Shown one piece after another: positions 33,647 through 44,633 of a DNA stretch of 64,000 nucleotides. The DNA is from Pelagomonas calceolata (taxonomy: Eukaryota), in the NCBI GenBank assembly GCA_918797485.1, contig CAKKNE010000001.1:1550001-1614000 (forward strand). Reading direction: 5' to 3'. The translations under genes and the position numbers were made by a program. Within the stretch, counting starts at the first letter, position 1. Every line of letters begins with the position of its first letter. Under the pieces are notes generated by a model. The model did not search any database. It was not told the origin of the DNA and saw only the letters and a program-made list of their open reading frames with translations.

Positions 33647-34065
33647 CTCCAGGGTGGCTGTGCAGTCAGCTCCTCGCTCTCACAGCTCTCACAGCTGTCA
33701 CGTCGAAGCGCCGACCAGCTCAAAACGTCGTGACCAACTTGGAGCTATCTCAAGAGATTGTAGCGGACGCTCAGGTCTCACAGAGAGCACGACTGCCGCC
33801 GCCACTGCCTCAAATGCAATCAGCTCAAAACCCGGCTCGAAAGCAAAGTGGCCTTAATGGGCAAGGAGAGATGCATCCGTCGATAGACAAATGCGGAACG
33901 ACGGAACAGAGTGGTGCAGTTTGAAGCCGGACTCCGGAGACGTCGCCTCTGGGCAGCTTTGCAGCGCATTGCAGAGCGCATCGCACGAGTTGTTGACCAC
34001 ACACGTCCGCATTGGTCCAAGGAGCAGCGGTGCAAACAGGTCTGTCGACGCTTTCGCCGCAAACG

Positions 34066-35125
34066 ATGCTCAGATACGCCACCTGCTTCATATGCGCAGC
34101 GGCGCCGGAGACGTGCTCGACCATGGGCGCGCCCTGGTTCGGCGCGAGCCCGACCGCGACGCCATTAACGCTCCACCGCCGCGGCTGGGGCGCCTGCGCG
34201 CTGTGTGGAGGCGCCGAGCGGCTCGGCGCCGTCGTCGACGACATCGACGCCACAGCACTCACGAGCGAGCAAGCGGCCCAGATCTTGGATGCGGTGCGCG
34301 CCCACGGCGTCGTCGTGCTCAAGGGCCAGAACCTCACGCGATCCCAACAAGTCGCGTTCACGGCGGCGCTCGGCGAGGTCGTCGTCCTGCCGCACTCCTT
34401 CGAGGGCAAGGACCCGGAGCCGCTGCACCCGGCGATTCAAAGAGTTACGAACTACTTCGCCAACGGGACCTGGAAGGGGCCCGGTTCGAAGTTCGGGGCC
34501 TACTGGCACCAGGACGGCCAGTTCTGGCGGCCGCCGTTACATAACGTGCTCTCGGTGTTGCACTGCCAGAGCGTGCCGCCGGCGGGCGGCGAGACGGGCT
34601 TCGCAGACCTCCGCGCGGCGCTGGCGACGCTGTCGGGGCCGCTGCGCGAACGCGCGGAGCAGCGTGCCAATCGAATTTCGCGGCGCTTTTCCTCTCTGCA
34701 CGCCATCGACGCGACGCGTCCAACCGACTCACTGGTCGAACACAGGCGCGGAGAGCGCGAGCATCGTCGCGTCGGTGCGGGATATTGCTGATTTCGCCGC
34801 CGGCGACGAGGAGGACCTCGCAAAATTCCCGAACGCCACCCACAAGTTCATCCAGCCCCACGCGCTGGATGGGGGGCCGGTCCTCTACGTCGGCAGCCCG
34901 CACATGGTCGTCGAGGGATTGGAAACGCAAGAGGCGGGCCGGGACCTGCTCGGCATGGTCCTCACGCACGCGACGTCGCCGTCGTTCACGTACTTCCACG
35001 CCTGGGACGCGGGCGACGTCGTCGTCTGGGACAATACGCAGACGCTCCACCACTCGATGCCCTACGACCGCTCCTCGCCGGACGTCGTGCGCGAGCTCTA
35101 CCGGACGCAGGCGCGCTTCGCCTGA
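34066..35125 (+). CDS. TauD/TfdA-family 2-oxoglutarate/Fe(II) dioxygenase; exons 34066-34651 and 34746-35125
   Basis: HGVVVLKGQ, WHQDG (HxD), GGETGFAD, WDAGDVVVWDNTQTLH. Confidence 0.9.
34660..34745. mobile_element. Degenerate introner, reverse orientation; GC-AG intron 34652-34745
   Basis: Perfect TSD GCGCGGAG at 34652-34659 and 34746-34753; CACGCCATCGACGCGACG...GACTCACTGGTCGA is the reverse complement of the family core. Confidence 0.88.
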
Positions 35126-35339
35126 GGCGCCGTGGTACTCCGGCTTTGTACATAGTGCCTGTAATATCTTGATGTTGAATGAATTCTCGGCGGCGTCTCT
35201 GGCCTTTCGAGCTCGTTTCTTTGGGCGGCCGCGCCCGCGCGCCGTACTTGGGTCGTGCGGGGGAGCTTGTATCGATCTTCCGCGTCCCTGCGCCTGTCCA
35301 GGGATCCTCCGCGGCGCCCGATCCGAAGACCCGAAACAT

Positions 35340-35698
35340 CGAGAAAAAAAGCTAAAATCGGCGACGGCTCTTATAAGCTTGGTCCGTTCCCGGCCTTGAA
35401 AGAATACTCGATCTCATTTACTATCGAGATCCATCCGGACGAGTCCTATGATAACTGGAAACCACTCATACACGTGACGGGCCAGGAGGAGTGTAACGAG
35501 CAGCGCTTTCCTGGCGTTTGGCTCACACCCAAGGGTCAAGGTAGTGGTAAGGCGCCTGGGACTGTGCATTTCGCGCAGTCGTATGAGCCGTCGACGAATG
35601 ATTGCAGCTGCAATTCTCCGAGCGATTTTTGCCAGAGAACTCTGAACAGCGGCACCGCACTCGTGCCGGGCCACGGAAGATTTGCCCAAGGATGTTGA
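35340..35698 (+). pseudogene. Possible ConA/laminin-G-like domain fragment
   Basis: KEYSISFTIEIHP...WKPLIHVTG...RFPGVWL looks like a beta-sandwich; no clear ATG, early stop. Confidence 0.3.
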
Positions 35699-36289
35699 AA
35701 ATAAGGCCGGAGGAGAACGCGATGCTAACATGAAAGCCGAGGAAGACGTGGATCGCCGTTCCCAACTCGCCGACTACGACGCACACGCTCTGGATCGCGT
35801 CAACAAGGCATTTACAGATTGCGTGGCTAGCGTCGAGCTCACGGAGCCGGGCAACAAGAAGGCCCAGCTGTGCGACGTGTACCGCAACATCACCAAGAAG
35901 ATCGAGCTGAAGTCGTCACTATTCGGCGTTTGCAAATTCCAGGAAGGGAATCCCGCGGTGACAGCGTGGACGCACTCTCGCCGGCGGCGACAAGACCCAA
36001 GGCCGCACCGACGCGTCGCGACCGCCACGAAGGGCGGAGACACGCCGGTCGCCTTACAAGAACACGGCGCGTCGCTTTGATCGTCAATCCTTCGGGCGAT
36101 ACGTCGTCATCTGGGTCACGAACTAGGGCCGCGCCGTCAGCAGCACGAAGGCTGCCTTTCCCCCTTCCCCCTCAGATCCATCGTGACACTACCCTCGCGT
36201 AAATCTGAGATTCGTTCGTATATATGGGAGTGCCCCACCACCACCAACAATTGTGCGGACCATGACCTCGCGAAACTCTAGACACAAGA

Positions 36290-37165
36290 TTAGTCCCGCC
36301 GTCGCCGCCGCGCATCAAGCAGCAAATACGACCCCGCGACGGCGGCATTCAAGCTCTCTACGCTCGAGTCGACGTCGATGCGCACGCGCGTCGCCCGCAG
36401 GGCGCCGAGCGCGCCGAGCAGGTCGTCCGTGAGGCCGGCTTCCGCGCCGACGACGAGGCACGTCGCCGCCCACGACTCCACGGCCAGGTGGTCGACGGCG
36501 CCGGCGCCCGCGTCCGCGACGACGACATTAAGTTCCGCGAGCCGCGGCGCCGCGGCGGCCCAGGAGTCCTCCGCCGCGAGCGGCACGCGCAGCGCCGCTC
36601 CGGCTGAGCCGCGGATCGTCTTGGGGTTGAAGGCGTCGGCGCAGGCGCCGACGAGGACGACGCCGTCGACGCCGGCCGCCGCGGCCGTCCGGATCAGAGC
36701 GCCGACGTTTCCCGGGTCCTGGACGCCGTCCAACGCCAGGAGGAAGTCCGGCGCGGCGGGAAACGCGAGCGACGGCCTGGCGACGAGCGCGACGCAGCCC
36801 TGCGGCGACTCCGTCGTCGACGCCGCCTTGAGCACAAAGTCCGGCGCCCGCGCGAACCGTTTCGCGCGCGCGAGGAGCGCGGCGTCGAGGCTCACGTCGT
36901 CGGCCACCAGCACCGCCTCGACGTCGTCGCCGCGCGCCAACACTTCGGCGACGAACGCGCGGCCCTCGACGAGGACGACATTTTCGGCATCACGATGCTT
37001 CTTGCGGTGGCACCTTTTGAACCGCTTGACGAGGGCGTTGGTCGTCGACTCGATGTAGTCCTCGGCGCGGAGCGCGACGTGGCGCCGGCGCGACGCGTGC
37101 GGAAGGAAGCCGCGGGCGGCTCGCAGCGTCGCGAGCGATGCGACGAGCAGCCGGCGCGACGCCAT
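36290..37165 (-). CDS. SpoU/TrmH-family RNA 2'-O-methyltransferase with organelle-targeting N-terminus
   Basis: LDGVQDPGNVGALIRTA, VVGAE, VESLNAAVAG. Confidence 0.92.
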   Translation of the reverse strand: MASRRLLVASLATLRAARGFLPHASRRRHVALRAEDYIESTTNALVKRFKRCHRKKHRDAENVVLVEGRAFVAEVLARGDDVEAVLVADDVSLDAALLARAKRFARAPDFVLKAASTTESPQGCVALVARPSLAFPAAPDFLLALDGVQDPGNVGALIRTAAAAGVDGVVLVGACADAFNPKTIRGSAGAALRVPLAAEDSWAAAAPRLAELNVVVADAGAGAVDHLAVESWAATCLVVGAEAGLTDDLLGALGALRATRVRIDVDSSVESLNAAVAGSYLLLDARRRRRD

Positions 37166-37464
37166 GGTCCAATGACCTCACGGCTGCGTCACGGCCGTTT
37201 TGGCTCGCACGCGCCGCCGCACGACAGCTCTTCAATGCCTCTCAGCAGTGCTGTGCTCCCAGTGTTGCCTCCCCCGAAGTGTGCGGAGATCGCTTGCAAT
37301 GATTCGTCGTTGTGAAAACAATGCGAATGCTGTAGAAACTCCGCTCTACCATCAATGCGCTCGATTTGGCCTCCGTCCTTGTTTTGCTGCCTCTGCAGCC
37401 TGCAGGCAGAGTCAGCCTGCAGCCTGAGCCTGTGCAACTCGCCGCAGTTGAATCGCAACGTCTT

Positions 37465-38249
37465 ATGGCACGCATTCGTCGCGTATATGCGTGTGCCGTC
37501 GCGCTGACCAGCGCTGCCGCCCTGGCGCCGAGAGAGCTGCAGAGGCGTCAGGCTCTGAGCAGTGGTGCAGCAGCTGCGCTCGCCGTCGTCGCGGCACCGG
37601 CATCACCAGCATTCGCCGTCGACGCATCGGCAGCGATCGCCGTCGAGCGGTCGGGCTTCGCGCCGACTATAAAGGTGACCGGACGGACGTCGCGGTACGA
37701 GTGCGGCCGCGGCGTCCGTCGCGGGGCCTTCATCAATCGCCGCGTCGAGGATCGTGCTGGTGAGACACACTTCGACGGTCGCGTTCACGCAGGGATACGA
37801 TCCTCGGCCCGCGCGGCAGCAAGTCTACTGTAGCGATCGCCTTCGATTATCCCTCGACGTGGACGGCCTTCAAAAACAGCGTCGATGTGATTGACGGGAA
37901 CACCGGGACGGTCGCGACGGTGGTCGCCGCGCCCGCCGGCGACCTCGACAGCAAGGCGTTCTACAACTGCATCTTCTCGCCCGACGGAAAGATCCAGCGC
38001 GCGGGCACGCCTATTGACGAGTTCAAGGTGCTGTCCGTCCGCGACGGCGTCCTGCCCGGCTACAAGGAAGTCGCGTTCAAGTTCACGGCCGTCTCACCCA
38101 ACTCGCGCCTCATCGACCGGCGGGCCGTCGCCACGGCGACGAAAGTAGGCGACACGGCCTACATCTTCATCGTCTCCGCGGCGGCTGTCAAGTGGAAGGA
38201 CGAGCAGGACCGCGTGACTTCCGCGGCGCGGACGTTTACGGCGATGTGA
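37465..38249 (+). CDS. PsbP-like thylakoid lumen protein; exons 37465-37694 and 37793-38249
   Basis: Signal peptide, then twin-Arg QRRQAL...SPAFA; spliced exon contains AFDYPSTW and ends AVKWKDEQDRVTSAARTF. GT-AG intron 37695-37792. Confidence 0.6.
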
Positions 38250-38302
38250 TAACTATGTGAAGTCTATCATACGATGTTGTTATGTCCGATAGTATATACT
38301 CA

Positions 38303-39979
38303 TCATTTCGCCGTCGCCTTCTGGAGGTTCTGGAGGTACGCGTCGCACTTCAGCGCCGCGCCGCGGCCCTCGTTGATCGCCCACACCACTAAAGACTGGC
38401 CCCGCCGGCAGTCGCCCGCCGCGAAGACGCCGTCCATGGACGTCGCGTACTCGCCGTACGTCGCCCGGATGTTCTCGCGCGGATCCAGGGCCAGCGAGAG
38501 TTGGGAACTAATGTCGTGCTCGGGCGACACGAAGCCCATGGCCAACAACACCAGATCGCAGGGCCACTCCCGCTCGCTATCAGGAACGATCTCGACGCCT
38601 GACGGGCCGAGCTTCGCGTCCGACGTCCGTAGACCTTTGACGTTGTTATCGTCATCAACTAAAAACTCCGTCGTGATCACCCCATACTCGCGCGGGTCCT
38701 GCCCGAAGACCGCCTGGACCTCGCCGTGCCCGTAGTCCACGCCGTAGACCTTGGGCCACTCGGGCCACGGATTGGAATCGGCCCGCGCGTCCGGCGGGCG
38801 CCCCATCAACTCGAAATTGACGATGGACTTGCAGCGGTGGCGCATACTGGTACCAATACAGTCCGTGCCCGTGTCGCCGCCGCCGATGACGATGACGTCC
38901 TTGCCCTCAGCAGTGATATGTTCACCCCACTCCGACTCGAGCGTGCCGTCGCGCGTCATCATCAGGCGCTTCTGGTTCTTCGTGAGGAACTCCATGGCGA
39001 AGTGGATGCCCTTGGCGTCGCGGCCTGGTACCGGTAAATCTCTGGGTATGGTAGCACCCGTGCACAACACGAGAGCGTCGTTGGCATTGCGAATCGTCTC
39101 GACGTTGACGTTGACGCCGATCTCCGCATTACAAACGAATTCGATACCTTCTTCTTCCAGTAAGTTGACGCGGCGCTCGACCTTGCCCTTGTCGAGCTTC
39201 ATGTTCGGGATCCCGTACATCAGCAAGCCTCCTGGTCTATCCTCTCTTTCATAGACGGTTACTTTGTGGCCCTGCTGGTTCAGGACGTCGGCGCAGGCGA
39301 GGCCGGCGGGGCCGGAGCCGATGACCGCTACGGATAATCCGGTCCTCGTCTCGGGAATCCTCGCCTGGATCCAGCCCTCGGCGAAGCCGCGCTCGACGAT
39401 CGCGTACTCCATGTTCTTGATCGTGACTGGAGAATCAATGAGACCCGCAACACACGCGCCCTCGCACGGCGCCGGGCAGACGCGGCCCGTAAACTCCGGG
39501 AAGTTATTCGTTTGATGTAATCTATCGAGAGCGTTGCGCCACTGGTCCTGATACACCAAAGCGTTGAATTCGGGAATGAGATTGTTCACGGGACACCCGG
39601 TGTGCGTCTGGCAGAACGGCGTCCCGCAGTCCATGCACCTAGCCGCCTGGACGATGCGCTCGACGGGGTCGTGGCCCTCGGAGTTGATCTCCTCCCAGTC
39701 CGTGACGCGCTCCATGGGCGCGCGGTAGGGCTCGGGGTTGCGCTCGTAGTCGACGAAGCCCCGGACGTTCCCTATCACTTCTACACTACCGTCTCGCCTT
39801 TTGACCTTGGGCAGGGCGTCGTCGTCGTTGTCTCCCCTCCAAGTCTCGTGGTTCTTGCTGGTCTGGGTGCTGAAGGGGCGCGCCGCGGCAGCGGCAGCCG
39901 GGGTTGATGAAGCTTGCTGCTGGGAGAGCCTGGCGGGGGGCCGCGCGCTGCGCGCGAGTGCAGCGCTGCGACGTAGCAT
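38303..39979 (-). CDS. gltD: NAD(P)H-glutamate synthase small (beta) subunit with transit peptide
   Basis: [11 protein letters not shown]...[58 protein letters not shown]. Confidence 0.95.
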   Translation of the reverse strand: MLRRSAALARSARPPARLSQQQASSTPAAAAAARPFSTQTSKNHETWRGDNDDDALPKVKRRDGSVEVIGNVRGFVDYERNPEPYRAPMERVTDWEEINSEGHDPVERIVQAARCMDCGTPFCQTHTGCPVNNLIPEFNALVYQDQWRNALDRLHQTNNFPEFTGRVCPAPCEGACVAGLIDSPVTIKNMEYAIVERGFAEGWIQARIPETRTGLSVAVIGSGPAGLACADVLNQQGHKVTVYEREDRPGGLLMYGIPNMKLDKGKVERRVNLLEEEGIEFVCNAEIGVNVNVETIRNANDALVLCTGATIPRDLPVPGRDAKGIHFAMEFLTKNQKRLMMTRDGTLESEWGEHITAEGKDVIVIGGGDTGTDCIGTSMRHRCKSIVNFELMGRPPDARADSNPWPEWPKVYGVDYGHGEVQAVFGQDPREYGVITTEFLVDDDNNVKGLRTSDAKLGPSGVEIVPDSEREWPCDLVLLAMGFVSPEHDISSQLSLALDPRENIRATYGEYATSMDGVFAAGDCRRGQSLVVWAINEGRGAALKCDAYLQNLQKATAK

Positions 39980-40175
39980 TGTGAATCACTAGTGGCTGCT
40001 GAGAGCCCAAAACCAGCTCTACGTCAAATGCGCGTCGAAAACAGGCTTGCGGTAGCAGTCGATGGCCTCTGCTGTCAGATGAGAGATTGGGTCCGTGAGT
40101 GGCCCGTAAACCGTCCCGCGCGGGTTGTAGGACTCCTCTCGAGCTGGCTTGACACGGCCGCAGGCCTGGTTTTGC

Positions 40176-40197
40176 GCTAGCGGTGTAAGACACTAGC
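40176..40197 (+). promoter_or_regulatory. CTAG-bounded intergenic motif
   Basis: GCTAGCGGTGTAAGACACTAGC, 65 bp upstream of ATG 40262, divergent with gltD. Confidence 0.6.
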
Positions 40198-40261
40198 AAG
40201 TCACTCGATTTTACACCAGCGCACCGATCGGGGCGCTGCCAAGCCCACAGACCACCAAACA

Positions 40262-41250
40262 ATGAAATTCGTCGTCGTATTACTGGCATCGATCGCCGCT
40301 TCGTCGGGATCGAGCGCTCCGTCGCGTCCCGACGGCCCACAAGACCAGGTCCAGGTGACCCAGGCTGTAGGCCAGCATCCCGGCGCGCGGAGCCTGCGGG
40401 GCCGTCAGAAGCGCCGCCCCTGCGCCAAGTCCATCGCGACCTACTGCACCACCGAGAAGAACGCGGCGCGTTGACCGAGTCCGAAACTCGCGACCTGTTG
40501 ACAACTCACCCGTCGACGTCCACGCAGGCCGCGAAGCAGGCCTGCCTCCGCGCGAAGCTCGGCACGAACAGCCTCGACCCGCGCTGCGAGGCGCTCGTCG
40601 CCGGCCGCGCCGCCGCGCTGAAGGCGTGCCGCCCCGTCGCCGCCGCGATCGGCTGCGCCCAGGGCCCCGTGCCGATCGCGTGCATGCAGCGCCGCTACCG
40701 CAAGGCCGGCGCCGACACGCTCCTGGCGGGCACGGCGTGCGCCCTAGCTCTCGACCGCCTCGCGGGCCACAAGGCCGCGAGCCAAGCGTCTAATCGCGCG
40801 GCCGACGAGCGCCAGGCTCGGATCGCCGCGATCCTCAAGGCGATGCCGCCCGCGGAGGCCGGCGGCATCCGCGGCGAGCACGCGCGCCTCGTGGCCGCCG
40901 CTCATCTCGCGGACCAGGAAGCGCGCGCCACGACGGACTACCTCGCCCGCGGCTACCCGTCGTCGACGCTGCCCGACGGCACGCACGTCAAGGCCACGAG
41001 GGTGGGGCACGGCTCGGGCGGCGCCCGCCGGTCCCCCGGGGCGTCTCCGGGCCAGGGCCTCGGCTCGTCGCCGTGGCCGGACTCGCTCTTCCAATCCAGC
41101 CCCGAGCTCGCGCAGCTACTCCAGGGCGGCATGGGCGGCGCCGCGTCGTCGTCGCCGTGGGACCCGGCCGAGGTCCGCTCGTGGTCCGACCCCGCTTATC
41201 GCAAGCACCGCCGCCACCACAAGAACGCGCTCCAGATGGTCGGCGTCTGA
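40262..41250 (+). CDS. Secreted Cys-containing hypothetical protein; probable GC-AG intron about 40463-40527
   Basis: Signal peptide MKFVVVLLASIAAS; two frames join at phase 0 (EKN-AAKQAC). Confidence 0.6.
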
Positions 41251-41361
41251 TATGATCCCTGTTGTCCCCCCGCCCCCCGTTGTAAGAAGTATCTCGTTAC
41301 GGGGTGGGAGGGGGGAGGGAATCTTGACCGAGAACCGGAGATTCGGACGGTCGCGGCGCAT

Positions 41362-42394
41362 CTAGAGCCCCCACTTCTCGCCGATGGCGGCCTCCGAGGC
41401 GGACCAGAGGGCATCGCGGTCGGCCTCGAGGGAGATGGGCTCGAGCTGCGTGAGCTTCGCGGGCCCGCGGGTCGTGTGCTCGGGCTCGTAAAATTCTCCC
41501 GACTGGACGTCGGCCGCGAGGCAGCACGTGAGGAGCGGGACGGCGCCGTCCTCGGGGGTCTGGGCGTCCTTCTGGAAGTTCATGGCGCCGGTCTGGCCCG
41601 AGGCCTCTGACGTCACCTGGAGGTTCGTCGCCGCGACGCCCGGGGCCGCGCAGAGCGCCTTGATGCCGGCGGGCAGTTTGTCGGCGAGCGCCAGCGAGAA
41701 GCACACGTTCGCAAGCTTCGAGTAGTGGTAGCGCACCCAGCGCGGGCCGCCCATGGCCGGGTCGTCGCCTCCCAGGTTTCCGCCGTTCTTGCCCAGATAC
41801 TGGGCCGCGATGTCGGCAGTTAAGGGGAGGTCCGCCGGCCAGTTGCGCGAGATCGAGGAGTGGTGCACGATGCGCGCCTCGCCGCGAGCGGCCGCCGCCG
41901 CCTTCACCGCCGGGTAGAGCTCCTTCGCGAGGAGGAAGTGCGACAGGTGGTTCGTCTGCATCTGCAGGTCGTAGCCGTCCGTCGTGGCTTTATCTTGGAG
42001 CGCCATGACGCCCGCGTTGTTTGCGAGCACATCGAGTTCAGGCGTCGCCGCGAGGACCGTCTTGGCGGCCGCCCTCACTGACGCGAAACTCATGGCGTCG
42101 TAGTCGACGTGCGTGACGATACAGCCCTCGGCAGCCACCGCTTTGACATCGGTGAGGGCCGATTCGGCCCGCGGCGACGGCCGGTTGAGCAGAAAGACGT
42201 GAGACGCGCCCTTCTTCGCGAAGCATTTGGCCGCGACGAGGCCGGTGCCGCTCGTGCAGCCTGCGCGGCGTGGCGTATTGATCAAGTCTAAGCCTCTATA
42301 CACACTGGTTGACACCTGTGACTGCAAAAGTCTTTGCCTTTGCTTCAGTCGTGAGAGCGGACTCGAATCCGGGGTACACGACGCTAGAGGGCAT
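41362..42394 (-). CDS. Short-chain dehydrogenase/reductase (retinol dehydrogenase/WWOX-like); exons 42394-42316 and 42260-41362
   Basis: Spliced FAVTGCTSGTG; NNAGVM, TNHLSHF, YHYSKLAN (YxxxK). GT-AG intron 42315-42261. Confidence 0.92.
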
Positions 42395-42484
42395 TGTCAG
42401 TGAAGAAGCGAAGCGGACAAGACTTGAAACGGCTAGAATACGACGCATGTGCGAAACACCACGCACGCCTGGCAAGAATAATAC

Positions 42485-42506
42485 CTAGCGTAATCGACAC
42501 ACTAGC
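42485..42506 (+). promoter_or_regulatory. Variant of CTAG-bounded motif
   Basis: CTAGCGTAATCGACACACTAGC about 90 bp upstream of the SDR start. Confidence 0.4.
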
Positions 42507-42975
42507 AAATTTCAAAGATACGCCTCGATAGCGTCAAAAGGATGGCCCAAATTCAGAATACATCCCAGTCGATCGCCGCGACCAAATATTTCAGAGTAGC
42601 GGCCCGGGAACATACCCTCGCGCCTCCCGGAAGGCACCGCTCGCGACATTCGCGGATGAGTCTTGCGGGCTGCCAAAATACACCAGCGATTGACGCCGCC
42701 ATCTACCGTCCATATAGTACATTATATCAACTCCAGCCCAGTTTTCATACATAATCGACGGAACCGGAGCCGACGGCCTGCGCTCGGAGGGCGGGAAAAG
42801 AATTCTACTAGACAACTCCCGAGTTTATGTTCGTTTCCTTCCGTTTGTTAGTGGTAGAGTCCATCTAAATCGCCTGAACACGTACTCATCTATTTTAGGT
42901 GCTCCGTTAGGGCCGCGCGATTCGTCGTCTTCGCGACCCCACGTTTAGGTGAAGATGAGCCGAAGAGCTAGATAT

Positions 42976-43344
42976 GCGACTATCAGCGACGCCACCATCC
43001 AGATGGACCATAACGCCGTTGTTCTATTCACAATCGACCGACTTGCCCGTTCTCCGCGGACGACGGTGCGTACGCGGGGCACTGAATTGGCCCCAGACCG
43101 GTGGTTTGTACAATAAATTTGCGTTTCAGGCGCTTTAGTAGTGGGACGGGCCAGATAACCGGGCTGGACGGCTACTACATTGCTTGAGACCCCACGATGC
43201 TCCGCGCGGCTCGGCTCGGCCGCGAGCCTACTATCTGGCTAATTCGGGCAAAGTACACAGACCTGCGACCATCAGCCCGTGTACCTTCCCCATGGACCAT
43301 GACGCGATCATTTGTTTCATGATCGACCGACTTGCGCGGGGTCC
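42976..43344 (+). repeat. Diverged 80-bp direct repeat (42976-43055 and 43265-43344) encoding similar peptides
   Basis: Ungapped; ATISDATIQMDHNAVVLFTIDRLARSP versus ATISPCTFPMDHDAIICFMIDRLARGP. Confidence 0.8.
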
Positions 43345-43896
43345 AGATCAAGATGTTCACGTCCCGAGCGTGGGCAGCCAAAAGTACCCTTCTCGTGGTG
43401 TAGATGTCATATACTTGTAATTGACTATCGGTGGGGTAGTATGGGGTCCAACGAGACCGCTACGGCGACTACTGGGGGCCCTCGGGTAATTGACGTTTTT
43501 TACGGGGACGGGGCGCCATCGGGTCCAAATTGTTTACTTTTTTCGGATGCAGATCGGCGCCCGGACTCCCTCTGGGATAGGTCTGGGATCGGGTAGTCGC
43601 CTACGCCGCATGCGCCCGTCCTTGGGGCTCCCCAGAGAGCTCTGGATCGAAATCTTTGGCAAATCATGTCCAATAGAGGTATAGCGCAAAGGACCATGGG
43701 AGATGTATCTTACTCTGGCAGCGGCGGCGTAGGCGGCGTAGGCGATTGCACGTGTAAACTACCGACCCAAAAGCGACCCCAGGGAGACCTCCGGGCCACG
43801 AATCGACAGGATTCCACCGACGCGGCCGACCACTTTTGGCCCGTCGGCACCGCGAATCGAGAAATACAGTCACTAGTCTTACAATGAGGCTTGCCG

Positions 43897-44526
43897 CTAG
43901 ATGCCACCGGCGGCGCGGCGGCGGCGTGGCGTCGTAGGCGTCGTCGGCTCTCGTTGCTCTCGCTCTTGGCGCTGCCGCTCGGCCTCGCCTACAGCTACCA
44001 GCGCCGTGCCGGCGGCGAGCGCGGCGGCGACGCCGATGTGGCGCACGGCGAGAAAAGCCCCGATGCCGACGAGGGCCGCGCCACCGATAGCCAGCGCTAA
44101 CATCTCGCCCGGCTCGAGTGAAGCCTCCGCGGCAGGAGGCGGGGGCGGTGGCCGCCGCGAGTCCTCGTCGAGGAGCGCGCCATCCTCAAAGCGGGACGCA
44201 CGGAGATCATCGACCTCTGCCCGCAGGCGCGACGCCTCCGCTCGGAGCTGGACCGCCTCGCTCTGTACAGACGGGAGGCCGACGCGGCGCCGGATGCCGG
44301 CGTCGCGCGCGAGTTCGCGACCGAGGCTGCTCGCACCCGCTGTGACCTCGTCGACACGTCTCTGTTGCGCTGCACTAGCTGTGACCTCGTCGACGCGTCT
44401 GTGTTGCGCTGTCGGCGTGCTCGGAGCGCTCGGGCTTGGGTTCTCAGGAGCGTCCACAAGCTCCCAGGGCTGCTCGGGCGCTCCTACCTCGTCGAGGTCG
44501 AATGAGCCGTCAGCGGCTGGCTGCAT
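43897..44526 (-). CDS. Hypothetical protein with coiled coil and C-terminal hydrophobic hairpin
   Basis: ATG 44526; internal duplication Q.RRVDEVTA x2; two hydrophobic segments. Confidence 0.6.
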   Translation of the reverse strand: MQPAADGSFDLDEVGAPEQPWELVDAPENPSPSAPSTPTAQHRRVDEVTASAAQQRRVDEVTAGASSLGRELARDAGIRRRVGLPSVQSEAVQLRAEASRLRAEVDDLRASRFEDGALLDEDSRRPPPPPPAAEASLEPGEMLALAIGGAALVGIGAFLAVRHIGVAAALAAGTALVAVGEAERQRQEREQREPTTPTTPRRRRAAGGI

Positions 44527-44585
44527 GATAGAGAACACGAGAGCTCCGGCACCGCTGCACCCTTTTTTGGCAAGCCGCAGCTCTT

Positions 44586-44609
44586 GCTAGCGTCCTGTAA
44601 GACACTAGC
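44586..44609 (+). promoter_or_regulatory. CTAG-bounded intergenic motif
   Basis: GCTAGCGTCCTGTAAGACACTAGC, 60 bp upstream of ATG 44526 (minus-strand gene). Confidence 0.6.
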
Positions 44610-44633
44610 GCAAACTCACACAAAAGAACCTAT

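Noticed and set aside
18477..39979. Nitrogen-assimilation cluster (AMT plus gltD)
   Set aside because: About 18 kb apart with many unrelated genes between them.
37695..42315. Introns at 37695-37792, about 40463-40527 and 42261-42315 as introner members
   Set aside because: No TIR or core motif; only weak junction similarity. They could be very old copies, but this is unsupported.
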